A stretch of 64,000 bases of DNA, taken from assembly GCA_963776345.1 (NCBI GenBank), contig CAVZMH010000013.1, positions 192,001-256,000 of the forward strand. Reading direction: 5' to 3'. The stretch's first letter is position 1, and the number at the start of each line of letters is the position of its first letter. Below the pieces are notes generated by a model. The model saw only the letters and a program-made list of their open reading frames with translations, made no database searches and was not told the DNA's origin. The translations under genes were made by a program, and so were the position numbers. The DNA is from an uncultured delta proteobacterium. Lineage in GTDB: Bacteria > Myxococcota > Myxococcia > Myxococcales > Myxococcaceae. Shown in pieces: positions 62,982 through 64,000 of this stretch.

Positions 62982-63952
62982 CGGGCGATGGACGTAGGAC
63001 CGCGGTCCCGCTCGCTGGCCACGCCGTCCGAGATCTCCTCGGCGACGATGTAGAGGGGCCGGCGCTTCACCTGCTCGTAGATGCGTCCCACGTACGAGCC
63101 CACGATTCCAAGGAGCAGGAACTGGGCGGCGGCGATGAGCGTGACCACGATGATCAGCGAGGTCCAGCCCTGGATGGTCACGTGCCGGATGAAGTGCTCC
63201 TCCAGCGCCCACGCCGCCACCGCGAGGGAGAACACCCCGACCACCAGGCCCAGGTAGGTCGCCAGCCGCAGCGGCAAGGTGCTGAACGAGGTGATGCCGT
63301 CCATGGCGAAGCCGGCCATCTTCCCCACCGAGAACTTGGTCACCCCTGCGCCCCGCTCGGGCCGGTCGTACTCCACCACGGTCTGGCGGAAGCCCACCCA
63401 GGCCACCAGCCCGCGGAGGAACCGGTGCGTCTCCTCGAGGCCTCGCATCGCCAGCACCACCCGGCGGGACATCAGGCGAAAGTCGCCCGCGTCCTGCACG
63501 GTGGGGATGGGCGCGATGGAGGCGAAGAGCCGGTAGAAGAGGCCGGCGGTGAAGGACTTGAATGCCGAGTCGTGCTCGCGGCGGCGTCGACGGGCGTGCA
63601 CCACGTCGAAGCCCTCGCGCCAGCGGGCGACGAGCTGCTCCACCACCTCCGGCGGGTCCTGGAGATCGGCGTCCATCACCACCACCGCCTCACCGAGCGC
63701 GTGGTCGAGCCCGGCGGTGATGGCCGGCTGGTGCCCGAAGTTGCGCGAGAGGCTCAGGATGCGGAGCCGCGGGTCGGCGCGGACGGCGTCCTTCAGCAGC
63801 GGCAGCGTCCGGTCCGCCGAACCGTCGTCGATGAAGATGACCTCGGTCGGGAGCGTGAGCCGGTCGAGGAGCACGCGCAGGCGCTCGAGCAGTGCGGGGA
63901 GGACCTCCTCCTCGTTGAACACCGGAAGGACCAGCGACAGGGTCGGAGCCAC
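62978..63952 (-). CDS. GtrB/ArnC-like polyprenol-phosphate glycosyltransferase (GT2)
   Basis: PVFNEE, DDGS.D, SRNFGHQ.A..AG, MDADLQDPP, GDFRL, RFLRG and two C-terminal TM helices. Confidence 0.9.
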   Translation of the reverse strand: MAPTLSLVLPVFNEEEVLPALLERLRVLLDRLTLPTEVIFIDDGSADRTLPLLKDAVRADPRLRILSLSRNFGHQPAITAGLDHALGEAVVVMDADLQDPPEVVEQLVARWREGFDVVHARRRRREHDSAFKSFTAGLFYRLFASIAPIPTVQDAGDFRLMSRRVVLAMRGLEETHRFLRGLVAWVGFRQTVVEYDRPERGAGVTKFSVGKMAGFAMDGITSFSTLPLRLATYLGLVVGVFSLAVAAWALEEHFIRHVTIQGWTSLIIVVTLIAAAQFLLLGIVGSYVGRIYEQVKRRPLYIVAEEISDGVASERDRGPTSIAR

Positions 63953-64000
63953 TACCTCTCCCCCCAGTGAAGCTTCTGCCGGAGGATGCCGAAGTAGTCG
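63952..64000 (-). CDS. nadK: 3' end of a probable NAD(+) kinase
   Basis: Reads ...DYFGILRQKLHWGER*, matching the typical Y...LR.KL.WG C-terminus. Only 15 codons are visible. Confidence 0.6.
   Translation of the reverse strand, partial: DYFGILRQKLHWGER

Overview
High-GC bacterial DNA, most consistent with a myxobacterium (Myxococcota). Support: a MYXO-CTERM sorting signal, Myxococcus-type LexA boxes, a long basic N-terminus on SigA and a short EF-Ts. Left part: the macromolecular synthesis operon (rpsU-yqeY-dnaG-rpoD), tRNA-Ile2(CAT), cyoE, a TPR protein, tRNA-Ala(CGC) and aceA. Middle (~17.8-40 kb): a surface-polysaccharide/O-antigen locus with GT4s, wzm, a truncated wzt, rmlBDAC, methyl- and acyltransferases, and GT2 plus polytopic membrane glycosyltransferase pairs. 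Right part: sixA-cyaY, rpsB-tsf-pyrH-frr with a t44-like leader, secA, an M23 peptidase, PP2C, recN with two LexA boxes, a SWIM-SNF2 ATPase, and a GtrB-like GT2 with three polytopic membrane proteins next to the 3' end of an NAD kinase. Genes between ~16.6 and 25.4 kb carry many single-base frameshifts, probably sequencing errors. An abrupt head-on junction at ~22,837 truncates two genes. Best candidates for under-described systems: three recurring polyprenyl-P-sugar synthase + GT-C modules, and a trio of GGDEF proteins (one intact, two degenerate) around the translation/secA genes. No CRISPR array, prophage or transposase was recognised. All calls come from reading the sequence and recalling motifs; no database search was run.
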